64,000 nucleotides of DNA from Selaginella moellendorffii. Taxonomy: Eukaryota; Plantae; Lycopodiophyta. Location: positions 1,103,690 through 1,167,689 of the forward strand of contig NW_003314318.1 in the NCBI RefSeq assembly GCF_000143415.4. Direction: 5' to 3'. The first letter of the stretch is position 1; every line of letters begins with the position of its first letter. The notes below the pieces were generated by a model that saw only the letters and a program-made list of their open reading frames with translations, was not told where the DNA came from and made no database searches. Position numbers and translations under genes: made by a program. Of the stretch, positions 24,181 through 35,841 are shown piece by piece.

Positions 24181-27100
24181 CTAATTAGCTCCAAAAGTTT
24201 TCTGCAACTCAGCAATAGTAAGGCTTGCTTGGTGTATATGAATATCCACTTTAGGATCCTGGTGCAAGATGTTGATGAAGATGTAGTACATATGCTTGCA
24301 AGGAGCATATGCCTTCCCATGTTCCTCGCGCTTCGTAAACTCTAGACATGTGCAAGAAGGAAAGTCGTGAATGGCAATTGTGTACTCTCCACCTTCTGTT
24401 TTGACTATGTACTCCTTTGCAAGCACAGTGATGTACTTCGTAGAGAGAATCTCACACTCAAGTGTTTGAGCCAAGTTTATTTTACCTTGCTTCTGCTTGG
24501 AGACGGTACCAATAAATTTAACTGCTTTACCTTTTCGTGCTGGCCTCCTGTGCATCTCTGTAGGAATAGTCCTGCTCCTGTCACTCATGTCTCCAACTCT
24601 CCTCTCAAGATTAAAACCAGATTTCTCAAGGTTTTCAATCTCATCCGAGGTGAGCGCGACCCCATTAACAACCGGCCATTCTTTAGGTACTGCATCAGGT
24701 TTAGTCACTATAGTGTCTTCAAGCCGCTTCGTATGGTTGGCGGCGGTGTTGCAACAATATAGCCAGCACCATCTTGAAAATCCTACTTGCTTTCGTTCCC
24801 CATAGAAACATGGGGCTGGAACAGAAGCAGATTTTTCACCACGAATCCAGGCCCAACACTTGCCCCTCGGAAGCATCCCCACACACCTTACATTTGATTT
24901 TGCTGGCACACGTCGGATTGCCCATTGCTTCGGCTCCACGCTACGGTAAGCAATTTCAACCTGTTGCGATGCACTCTCTTCATCAGCCACTTGAGGTGGC
25001 TCAGTCCGAGAGCGGTGTCTTGGAGCAGAATGGTACTCGACATCAGGCCTATGGGAGCTTTTTGCTCCAAGGTCCGTACCAACATCTTCCCCAGCAAAGG
25101 AAAAATGACGCTTTGAGCGGACAGTCTTCATATCACCAATAGAAGCTCGGGGAATGTACTCCATAGATGTGCCACGGACCACTTCCTCAACTGCAGTTGC
25201 CACTGTTCGGGCGGGTGGAGTTAATTTTCTCTTCATCCTATCATGTAACATCTCAACAGAAGGCCCTGTTCCCATGTATCTTCCTTCCTCGAATGCCAGT
25301 GCTTTTGAAGATTGCTCTATAGCACGTATCAAATCTGATAGACAGGCTTCGTATAGACTCATCTTCTCTTTCCCTGCCTCAGAGGAACGCCAACTTCAAT
25401 GCTTACTTTCGGAGAGATTCACAGTTGGGGTGTATGCGAGGTCCTCAAGTGGTTGATCCTAATGGAAAAGGCAATATTAAAAGGTAATAAAAGGAGAAGA
25501 AAAAATATAAACCAACCTGAAAAGAGTGATGTCCCCATTGGAACATCCTAACTTCCCACCATCCTAACCATGACTCAAGTTGTGGTAGGCAACTTACGTC
25601 TATATGGCCATCTTCACGCCACCATATTCAGATCTCGTTTGCTTTTGCTTCATGCTCTTCTTCAGAAGGTGCAACCTGCCATTGTTTGCACAACTCCTTA
25701 AATATTGATTGAAACTCTGGCTTGATAAGGTGGCAGTGCTGGTTTAGGCTTTGAGCCCAATGGAACTCACAAGTCCTCTCACGACCTTCCAATGGTTGAC
25801 CATTCCCAAAAATTGCTCGGATACCATTCCAGTTTGCACCAGCCCCATCTGCCATGAAACCACGAAAGTTTGCAGGCTTACCAGTCCGCTTTAGGACAAT
25901 ATCAGAGAGGGACTTCCAAAATATTTCCTGTGCTGTCTGGTCTTGTACTTTAAACTCTGCTGTCGCAATTGTTATGTTACAACGTAGCCTATGAAAACAT
26001 AAATATTATAACAATTTCAATATAATGAGAATAAAAATTACCTTGGATCATACACATGAGCTCCCATGGTTGTCCAACTGGATACACGCTCCATATGGTC
26101 AAAATGTACCCATGCATTTGCAAGGTCACTGGACCCAAACATGTCCATTCGGGAGACAAGATCTACACCAGAGGCAGGGCCCATGGTAAACATTTTGAAG
26201 ACGAAGGGGCGCTCTTGCTCATTCACAACTTGGTCTAGAAACAAACTTCCGTGGATGAACTCGTATGGACAGGTCCGTTTCAATTCAAGGATGGAGTCAA
26301 TTTTTGATTGCAACTTCCCCTCTCGAGATTCACACATCCAAGATTTTATCCTAAACAATATAATGTAAGAAAAAATTATTATTATAACGTATGAAAAATA
26401 ATGGATGTACCTCCTTAGGCTAGTAGCAGGTTGTACTCCTCGTAGTAAGTCCCACAAGCTAGCCTCATTTAGTTGAGTCTTTTGGCAACCTGGATTGAGT
26501 AAGGTATTTGCAATAAAATCCTTGAGGACGGTCTTCTGAATATGCTTCAGAGTTGTAGATGAGTTTCTCATAGTCTCTTCCTGTACAGCATCTTTGAAAC
26601 GGTTGAGAGAACTCCTTTGTATCCCTTCCTGCATTGGATGCATATGTGTGCCAACATGCACTGCAGCTCTTCCAGCCACTCCATCCCATGGAAGAAAGTA
26701 GTACATCTTGGCCTCGCAGATAGCACGACATAGAGGGGCATTTTTGCAGAATCGACATTTGAATCCAACAGCAATGGTGTCACAGGCTGGAGGATTGACT
26801 GCAGACCCTTTGAAAAATATAGAGTTTCTAGAGCGGTCTCGATTGCATGCTTCATCCACACAATCTAAATGCCCGCCACAATGAACTATAGACACTGTGC
26901 CTTCAAAATGTTGAAAGTGTGTGGTCTTGATCTTGCACCAATTGTGGACATCCTGCTTGGTTTCCATCCCCTTCTGTTTGGAACCTGTGCTGCTGACAAG
27001 AGGTGGTAGCTCGAAGAAAATGTTGCCGTTGTAGGAGGATGGAAGCTCACTCACAAGCCTATACAAAAACAAGTGCACGTCGATTGAGAGGCGTGAAAAT

Positions 27101-27519
27101 TAGAAAGCATTGCTAACGGCTTTGAATATTGCTGAAGTTGGAGCTGGAGCTGGTGAATTTGGCGCCGACACTAGCATGACATCTTCACTTGAACTAAAAG
27201 AGGACGAGAGGATAACGACTGACTCTTGCTTCACATTCACTTTCGCTGGAATGCATTTTGGCATTTTGACTGGAGATCCAAACACTCGAATCTCCTTCGA
27301 CTTGGAATTTTGTAAATCCCATTGTTGTCCACCCTCGCCCACACCAGAAAGAAGAAACTCCGAGTATGCAACTATACCGGTGTCGTTGCGGATCACAGCC
27401 TCTAAAGAAATAGAGCCAAGACGAAGATCAAAACGCCGACATAAAAAACTTTCAGAAACAATACTCTGAGAGAATGAAAGAGGTGGGTGATCTCGAAAAT
27501 GAAGAAGAAACCTCTCCAT
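24181..27519 (-). pseudogene. MULE-type transposase (GCM-like zinc domain, DDE core, SWIM finger), ~4 exons, with premature stops
   Basis: WVHFDH (D1), FMADGAGANWNGIRAIF (D2), CEFHW (CxxH), TVNLSESKH (E), SCTC...APCKH (SWIM); N-terminal CGGHLDC..CRFC..CEAK..GTHMHP; short GT-AG introns; in-frame TAA at 27100 and TGA at ~25397. Confidence 0.85.
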
Positions 27520-28419
27520 CCTTCTCAATAGGTTTTGGAGTTCTCTCTCTTTATGCTACTTGTAAAAATCTATAGTGAAACATAATTGAAATTTAAATAG
27601 AGTAATAAGAAGACAATGTACAAAATGAATTTAAATTCTATAGCAAATTTAACATGTGTAAGTGTGACAGTATTAATATTACTGTCATCTATTATGATGT
27701 CTGATGCATGTATACACATAGATCCAAGGAAAGATTTTCAGCACGTGAAGTTTGATAGTTAATAATGATACCAGTAATGACATTCTGCTATAACGTGTTA
27801 AACCAAGAGATCCAATCTAACTATCAGCACGTGTGATATGTCAAGTTGTCAAATTTTAAGTGGTAGATGATAATAAATCTTGTCAAATCTTATTCTTCAA
27901 TAACAGATTTGATTCGTAGTACAACTCAAGTTTTATCCATAATTGTGAACACTGCTCAATGACATTTAAAGCACGTGCCTATTGTTTAGGATCTAATACA
28001 GTACAAAATAAATTTCTGGATGAGGATTCATCCATTCATAGATGGATATAGTACAACATATTTTAACGTGCCTTATTTATACTCTTTGAAGTTCTTGTAA
28101 CGATTCCAAAATATGTACAAAATAGTGATGAGAATGCATCCTTTCTAGATAATTTGTAAAATATAATATCATATCTCTAATAACAGAAATGTTGATAGGT
28201 GCTAGTTATACCATCATTAAAATATACAAAATAAAGAAGCATAATTTACATATAATAATAATGATAAGATAAAATAAGATCAAAGATATTGTGATGGTTG
28301 AGATTTAGGTTATTCGGAATGAACGGCCAGGATGAGAGATAGGTTAGGGTTAGGGCAGCCGTCAGGATTAGGGTTAGGGTAGCCGCCAAGATTAGGTTAC
28401 TGTTCGCATCGTGAGTGGA

Positions 28420-28698
28420 GCGCGCGAGAGATCGAGAGATTGAGCGCGAAGGAGATCGAGGGATTGAGCGCGAAGGAGATCGAGCGATTGAGCGTGCAAG
28501 AGATCGAGAGATTGAGCGGGCAAGAGATCGAGAGATTGAGCGCGCGAGCGGGAGAGTTTGAGCGCGCGAGCGGGAGAGATTGAGCGCGCGAGAAGGAGAG
28601 ATTGAGCACGCGAGCAGGAGAGATTGAGCGCGCGAGCAGGAGAGATTGAGTGCGCGAGCAAGAGAGATTGAGTGCGCGAGCGGGAGAGATTGAGCGCA
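28420..28698 (+). repeat. ~21-23 bp CG-rich tandem array (gagagattgagcgcgcga) just upstream of the ParB-MTase ATG
   Basis: About a dozen degenerate units visible. Confidence 0.9.
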
Positions 28699-28819
28699 CA
28701 AGAAATCTAGCACAATCAAGAAATCAAGGGAGGAAAGATGCCGCCAAGGGTGAGTTTTGATTTGATTTCTTCCACTTCCATTCCATTTCTTCCCTTTTTT
28801 TTCTTGATTGCTTCTTTGC

Positions 28820-31030
28820 TGGCCAAGGTCGAGCTCGGGCGGGCCACCTCGGGCAGTTTTGCTTGCGGAGGGGCCGAGGTTATTCAAATAACCTCGGCCC
28901 CTCGGCGAGCAAAAGTGCCCGAGGTCGAGCTCCGGGCGGCCACCTCGGGCACTTTTGCTTGCGGAGGGGCCGAGGTTATTCAAATAACCTTGGCCCCTCG
29001 GCGAGCAAAACTGCCCGAGGTCGAGCTCGGGCAGGCCACCTCGGGCACTTTTGTGTAAGCTCCTGAGTTTAGACTTCCCGGGAGGTCACCCAGCCCAGTA
29101 CTATTCAAACCCAAGGACGCTTAACCCCAAATATCCCAAGACCCTTAACCGATTGGAAAAGGGGGTGCACTCTTTTTCATGGGCCCTTTCCCTCTATATT
29201 TGAACCCCTATGGATCGTCTCTCGAGTCGTTCCCTTTGGTTGCTTACAATCCACCACGCTTCCCTGCAAGTTCACGCCCTCGTGAACGGAAGCTGAGAGC
29301 CGCAGCTCTCCCGAGAGCCCCGCTCTCTTGACACCCTACCCCTCGGGTCGAGCCTAGCGGGAGCAAACTAGACTAACCAGATGTCAATCAATATGTGGTG
29401 CGATTCCCCTAAGCCAACCAACAGAGTCGGACCCAAGACCGCTCCAATACCAAATGTATTTGAATAGTACTGGGCTGGGTGACCTCCCGGGAAGTCTAAA
29501 CTCAGGAGCTTACATTTTGCTTGCCGAGGGGCCGAGGTTATTCAAATAACCTTGGCCCCTCGGCGAGCAAAAGTGCCCGAGGTCGAGCTCCGGGCGGCCA
29601 CCTCGGGCACTTTTGCTTGCCGAGGGGCCAAGGTTATTTGAATAACCTCGGCCCCTCGGCAAGCAAAATGTAAGCTCCTGAGTTTAGACTTCCCGGGAGC
29701 TCACCCAGCCCATTACTATTCAAATACATTTGTTATTGGAGCGTTCTTCCCTCCGACTCTGTTGGTTGGNNNNNNNNNNNNNNNNNNNNNNNNNNNNNNN
29801 NNNNNNNNNNNNNNNNNNNNNNNNNNNNNNNNNNNNNNNNNNNNNNNNNNNNNNNNNNNNNNNNNNNNNNNNNNNNNNNNNNNNNNNNNNNNNNNNNNNN
29901 NNNNNNNNNNNNNNNNNNNNNNNNNNNNNNNNNNNNNNNNNNNNNNNNNNNNNNNNNNNNNNNNNNNNNNNNNNNNNNNNNNNNNNNNNNNNNNNNNNNN
30001 NNNNNNNNNNNNNNNNNNNNNNNNNNNNNNNNNNNNNNNNNNNNNNNNNNNNNNNNNNNNNNNNNNNNNNNNNNNNNNNNNNNNNNNNNNNNNNNNNNNN
30101 NNNNNNNNNNNNNNNNNNNNNNNNNNNNNNNNNNNNNNNNNNNNNNNNNNNNNNNNNNNNNNNNNNNNNNNNNNNNNNNNNNNNNNNNNNNNNNNNNNNN
30201 NNNNNNNNNNNNNNNNNNNNNNNNNNNNNNNNNNNNNNNNNNNNNNNNNNNNNNNNNNNNNNNNNNNNNNNNNNNNNNNNNNNNNNNNNNNNNNNNNNNN
30301 NNNNNNNNNNNNNNNNNNNNNNNNNNNNNNNNNNNNNNNNNNNNNNNNNNNNNNNNNNNNNNNNNNNNNNNNNNNNNNNNNNNNNNNNNNNNNNNNNNNN
30401 NNNNNNNNNNNNNNNNNNNNNNNNNNNNNNNNNNNNNNNNNNNNNNNNNNNNNNNNNNNNNNNNNNNNNNNNNNNNNNNNNNNNNNNNNNNNNNNNNNNN
30501 NNNNNNNNNNNNNNNNNNNNNNNNNNNNNNNNNNNNNNNNNNNNNNNNNNNNNNNNNNNNNNNNNNNNNNNNNNNNNNNNNNNNNNNNNNNNNNNNNNNN
30601 NNNNNNNNNNNNNNNNNNNNNNNNNNNNNNNNNNNNNNNNNNNNNNNNNNNNNNNNNNNNNNNNNNNNNNNNNNNNNNNNNNNNNNNNNNNNNNNNNNNN
30701 NNNNNNNNNNNNNNAAGTGAGCAGGGTCGCCGAGAGGTCCAGAGCGCGGGACGGGGTTGCGGATGGACTCCAGCGAGGGGGAATGGGATTTGCCGAGGCG
30801 AGGCGGCAACTATAATAACATGGGCCCCTCGGCGAGCAAAACTGCCCGAGGTCGAGCTCCGGGCGGCCACCTCGGGCACTTTGGCTGCCCAGGGGGCTGA
30901 GGTTATTCAAATAACCTCGGCCCCTCCGACCCCTAAAGTGCCCGAGGTGGAGTCTAGGCCCACTTGATTTTTGAATAACCTCGGCCCCCTGGGCAGCCAA
31001 AGTGCCCGAGGTGGAGTCTAGGCCCACTTG
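28820..31030. repeat. 96-bp CG-rich palindromic tandem repeat in intron 1 (interrupted by a Cassandra copy and an assembly gap)
   Basis: gcttgcggag recurs at 28861 and 28957; each unit holds ggggccgaggttattcaaataacctcggcccc and aaagtgcccgaggt...acctcgggcacttt hairpins; related units at 30820-31030. Confidence 0.85.
29054..29514 (-). mobile_element. Young Cassandra-type TRIM copy (one LTR, internal region, rearranged second LTR)
   Basis: Reverse complement of the 7526-8150 family with CpGs retained; PBS reverse complement gctccaatacca at ~29441. Confidence 0.85.
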
Positions 31031-34000
31031 ATTTTTTTTTTCTCTTTGACTGTTTGAATTTCTCATTATCTTTATTTAGTTTGACTAACAAAACTTTTTC
31101 TCTTGCAGAAAAGGAAAATTGTAACACAGAAAAAGGTTGTTGGAGCCAAGAAGACACGAGAAGTTCAATTTGGCACTGACGACGACATCACAATCGACAT
31201 GTCCATTGGCACAACAGAGACACATTTAGATAGAGATTCACCACCTCCACCACCATCACCTCCACCATCACCACCTCCACCACCGCCATCGCCACCTCCA
31301 CCACCTCCATCACCACCTCCACCACCTCCATCGCCACCGCCACCACCACCATTGCCACCACCACTACCACTATTGCCTCTGCCCCCGCCGCCACCGCCAC
31401 CACCACCATTGCCACCACCACTGCCACTATTGCCTTTGCCCCCGCCACCACCGCCACCACCACCAACGCAAATCCCTGAAGTTGGGCAATCTAGTGGTGT
31501 TCACGATAGGGAACCTGAGGAACAACCTGGAGCTGAAAGAGTTGCAGACCTTCCTGACAACGTGGTGGACAAGCGCTTCCAAGAGACTGTTATGCGGACA
31601 AGGGAAAAAGCAGTTCACCAAACACTTGAGGCGCTCAAGTGGCCAGGCCCTTGTGACTTGATCAGAGAAATCCCCCTTTGCCGTTTGCAGCAGACGAACC
31701 TTGTCCGCACAGCATCCAAGTATGTCAACCCGGATATATACAGCTTGTTCAAACAAAATGGCCTTGCAACAAATATCGGTATGTTTCTAGTCTCTTTTTG
31801 CAAGCCAGGAACAACGGAGATCATTACTGTCACACCCGAGATTGTGAATAGCTGGGATCCTATTTAGAGGAGGAAGTCCCTAGAATTTGATGACATGCTT
31901 ATCAGACATCCTAAGACTCGACAGCTTGCGGGGACAATGTTCCAAATTATTGACGGTAACCACCGATATGGAGCTTGGATGAAGTGTATCGACGATCATT
32001 TTCGCGATGATCCTGTCTACCATATCAACGTTCCAGTCGGCCATGTCTACGCGAGGGGACTTTTGGATGTCAACAGACTTATCTTGGCCTGCCAAAAGAT
32101 CAATGCGTAAGTTTTATAATTTTACCTCTAACTCCACTTTAACTTGTTTTGTTGTGTTTAAATGTAGGCTTGGGCAGTTCGCTGTTCAAAAACAAAATCT
32201 TGTCCATGACATCGAGCAACTTCGATTTTTGGCAGACTTGAGTGAGGATGACATCCGCCAACATTATGGTGATGATCTCGCAACACTTGTTCGGCACTCA
32301 CGCACTCAAAATGACGGTACAACTTGGTTCAACAACCCAATCAGTTTTATGCTCGCTGTGTGGTGTAAGGTATGTCTTTCCCTTTTATTTTATAAAAGCC
32401 TCTTTTAATTGTTTTGGTTTTTAGCCTTTGGTGAAGGTCAAGCAGGATGCTTACGAACTTGCATATCCGGAGAAGAGTCGGGAAGAGCTCTCAGCTGAGT
32501 TTGTACAAATTGAGCACAAAATTCAGCATGCAAAGTCCTCAAAGTTGAAGAAACTAGTATGCATTGCAGACAATCGCAAGCCGAAGGAGTGGCTAGAGAC
32601 TATAGCCAAAATTTCTTCTCATGAATGTAAGTTTTTTATCACACTTCATTTTTCTTAATTATGCATATGTTACTTTTGTAGTGAACAAAACTCCAGATGA
32701 TATGATTTACAATATCGCAAAATCGAAGCTTCCATATAAGCAACAGATAGAGACTCTGGAGTTCCTCAATGTCTGCTTGATGAACAGAGAGAAAGGACTG
32801 CCAGAACTATTTGAGAACATGATGAGAAGGGCTGTCTACATCACGCAAACTATAAGTGAAGGTGAGAAGTTCTTGGCACCACACATTGGTGATTATCCAG
32901 ATGGCACATTCATGTCTTTCGACACCTACATCAACACGTCATTGGAAGGGATCGAAGAGGGGTGGCTGCCAGAGAAGTCTACAAGCACAACAACTTATGA
33001 TTGCCAACATGGTCAACCTTATTTCATGCGACGTGCAGCTTATAGGTATAATATGATTTCTAAGACTGTTTTTTTAAATATATTGTTTACAGGTATCTTC
33101 GATATAGAGGCATGCCATTTGAGGCACCAGTTTGCACTCGACTTGTTGCAAAGGGTGTAAGAGATGGAGGAATGTATCCAACAATGTTTGCGAGAGTTCC
33201 AAAGGCACGAAAGATAGAATGCCCTTGGGAGTTGGAGCTCCTAGGGAAGGAGACCTCTACACTAGATCGCGAGGAAATTATCAATGCTAGCAACGATGGC
33301 AATGCAAGTGACGATGGAGACGAGGATGAGGAAGCTCCAGATCAAGTTCATGTTCCACCACTAGACAGTCAGGAACAGGCTCCAATTCAACCATCAAACA
33401 ACCAAGATCCAGATCAGGTTTTACCAGTAAATAACGATGATCAAGTGGTTCACAGAATATCACGTCGACCTCGAGGTAAGCAAAAGTGAATTTTACAAAC
33501 TAAAGGTGGTAATACATGTTTTTTGCAGCAATGACTGTTGGTAGTAATTTCATTCCAGCTCGACGAGATGCTCGTGAAGAGGAGTTGGAGGAACTCTCAT
33601 CGACAATACGCCATATGACGGTATCATACTATTTATTACTTTTTTCATTCACTTAGCTCTTTTATAGGTCCATCCTGTGTCCCCAATAACACAACGAGGC
33701 ATTGTGGGTATCTTCATTGGCTCTTACAGTAGATTATTGACATCTTTCACGGAAGACGACATCAACATGGATATATGCCGCCAGTTCAACCGTTGGTGCC
33801 GAAAGATACAAAGGCCCGTGCTCCCAGTTGCAGACTTCATTCTCTTCGACTTTCCAGATGGTCTTTCAGATATCGATGGGAAAGTTGAGGATTGGAACTT
33901 TCTCACACCTGACCACTTGCGCGATGCATTCCTATTGTCCGAAGTACTTATGCTCGAAGCTGGCCATGTCGTCTTCATCCTACCGAACGACCCCAACTGG

Positions 34001-34773
34001 ATGTATGAGCTTATGACGTGCGTAGCAGAAGTTCATTTCAAGTCATTCTCTTCCGGGTGCATTATGGATCCTATTGGCGTTGATACAAGGGGCGTCCAAG
34101 GGAAGCCTGAAAAGGTGAGTATGTATTTTATATTTTTATCTAATTTCTAAACATTTTTATTTTCCAGGTTATGATGTGGACCTATCATGCCTTCTGCAGA
34201 AACACACATGATGGGTTTCGTGATAGCGAACGTGCAGCACGGGTTTTGCCTGGGTACGACAGTTCCACTAACATCATACCCAACCTTGTGGATGAGCAGA
34301 TCCGCAACACGTTTCCAGGGTACCGATTCCGAACTCCATCAGCAATGCAAGTCTTGCTTGAGCTCTATTGCCCACCAGATGGTATTGTGATTGATTGCAC
34401 AGCAGGTAGTGGTTCTATGGTGGAGGCAGCACGTGACTCTGGTAGGTCGGTGTTTGCTATTGAAGAACATCATTTTTTCAAACGCCGGCTCAGAGGATTT
34501 CGTGAGTTGCCTTCAACCTCAAGGAGGTAAATTATGTTTATTAAAATTTCAATATATATTTCATTCTATTTTATAGATCACAGTCACCTGGAGTTTCTAG
34601 AATTGGAGGCTTTTGAAGTCTCCCTGACTATGCAAAAGCCATGGCTCAACATATGCAAAGTGAATCTTCCCCACAATACCACTATAGGAGGAAGTATAAA
34701 AGAAATCATTATGTTGATGATGAGGCAGAAGAAAGTTAATTGCATCCTTACATAAAATGGAAAGCTTGTTATA

Positions 34774-34857
34774 TGTTAGATGTCAGTGAAAGTGTCAGAT
34801 GTCAGTAAAATTGTCAGATGTCAGTAAAATTGTCAGATGTCAGTGTCAGTGTCAGAT
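34774..34857 (+). repeat. 19-bp tandem repeat (tgtcagatgtcagtaaaat)
   Basis: Direct inspection. Confidence 0.85.
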
Positions 34858-35146
34858 ACCATAATTATAGATTATCATTCTCACCTGTCACCATCACTTT
34901 GTAGCGTTTGTGTGTTGCCATCTCCTCCTTCAACATTTTGTAAACAATTGTATGTGATATGATAGCACCTTCTAGAACAAGGTATGTTACCTACAACTAA
35001 TATCATTTTATTATATTTTTTCTTTTAATAGTGACAATACTATAGTATAGTAAAGTAATTCTAGATCTTACATTCCACTATAGGGTGGCCTAAAAACGCC
35101 ATTTTTGCACTAGCCAATGTAGTGTTTCCCAAGGGGATGTTGTTCC

Positions 35147-35611
35147 TCACCATGAAGCGATAGTGGGTATGTGTCTGTAACTCATTCTTGAATCTATTGT
35201 ACATCCACATGTGCACATTTCCAGACTTGCCGTTGGGCAATTCTTACAGTGCTCAAGAAAAGTTTGTAAACCCATAGAGCCATTTGTCTTGTCCAAGAAA
35301 AAGTAGCATATTGGACACCGAATGTAATAGCATTCTGTGCTTTCAAGTAGTCCTGCCATGTCAGGAGCAAGATCTTGCAAAAACATGTGGCATTGCTCTT
35401 GAAGCGCTAAAGGCAATCCCTCTCTAGTAGCAAGATCCGGAATTTCACATATAGGGAGCTCTAATTCAGCTTCACTAGAGCCCTCAGCAGAAAAAGGATT
35501 GTTATGTAGAGGTGAAGGTGGAATGTTGGTAGAACTTGGGGATGGAGGTGGAGATTGATATGAAATGCTGGGGGGCCAAGTACGATTAGCAATGGGTCTC
35601 CTTTGAGCCAT
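35147..35611 (-). CDS. Small transposon-borne Pro-rich and Cys/His-rich (zinc-finger-like) protein
   Basis: Open frame from MAQRRP; CPIC...FLEHCKNC...CTCGC...H. Confidence 0.5.
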   Translation of the reverse strand: MAQRRPIANRTWPPSISYQSPPPSPSSTNIPPSPLHNNPFSAEGSSEAELELPICEIPDLATREGLPLALQEQCHMFLQDLAPDMAGLLESTECYYIRCPICYFFLDKTNGSMGLQTFLEHCKNCPTASLEMCTCGCTIDSRMSYRHIPTIASW

Positions 35612-35700
35612 TTCAATATAAACTTCTAAGGAGCTCAAGGAGAACAAAAAACTTACAATGACTATAACTTTTCTAGATAGTTTATATACTAAGTTTTAGT

Positions 35701-35841
35701 CTTGGGAATGCGGTTTATTTATTATGACACTGACAATACTCAGATTCTTGGGAACGAGGTTTATTTATTATGACACTGACATTACTCAGATTCTTGGGAA
35801 TGAGGTTTATTTATTATGACACTGACAATACTCAGATTCTT
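35701..35841 (+). repeat. 46-bp tandem repeat x3
   Basis: cttgggaa at 35701, 35747 and 35793, with tgacactgacaatactcagatt core. Confidence 0.9.

Larger units (their letters stand above)
28738..34739 (+). pseudogene. NLS + polyproline + ParB-like domain + beta-class N6-adenine/N4-cytosine DNA methyltransferase fusion; 10 exons, two premature stops
   Basis: Exons 28738-28749, 31109-32106, 32168-32369, 32425-32626, 32682-33045, 33093-33475, 33529-33620, 33668-34114, 34168-34526, 34577-34739 splice in frame at GT-AG. Protein starts MPPRKRKIV; FQIIDGNHRYGAW; ADFILFDFPDG; LLELYCPPDGIVIDCTAGSGSMVEAARDSGRSVFAIE. Stops at 31865 (TAG) and 34614 (TGA). Confidence 0.8.

Noticed and set aside
28820-29670. 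CRISPR-like array
   Set aside because: Eukaryotic context, units repeat in full with no unique spacers, and no cas genes.
29716-31066. Long ORFs across the N-run
   Set aside because: Artefacts of translating the assembly gap.
31235-31470. Extensin or formin gene
   Set aside because: The polyproline tract is in frame with the NLS and ParB domain; no signal peptide, YxY motifs or FH2 domain.
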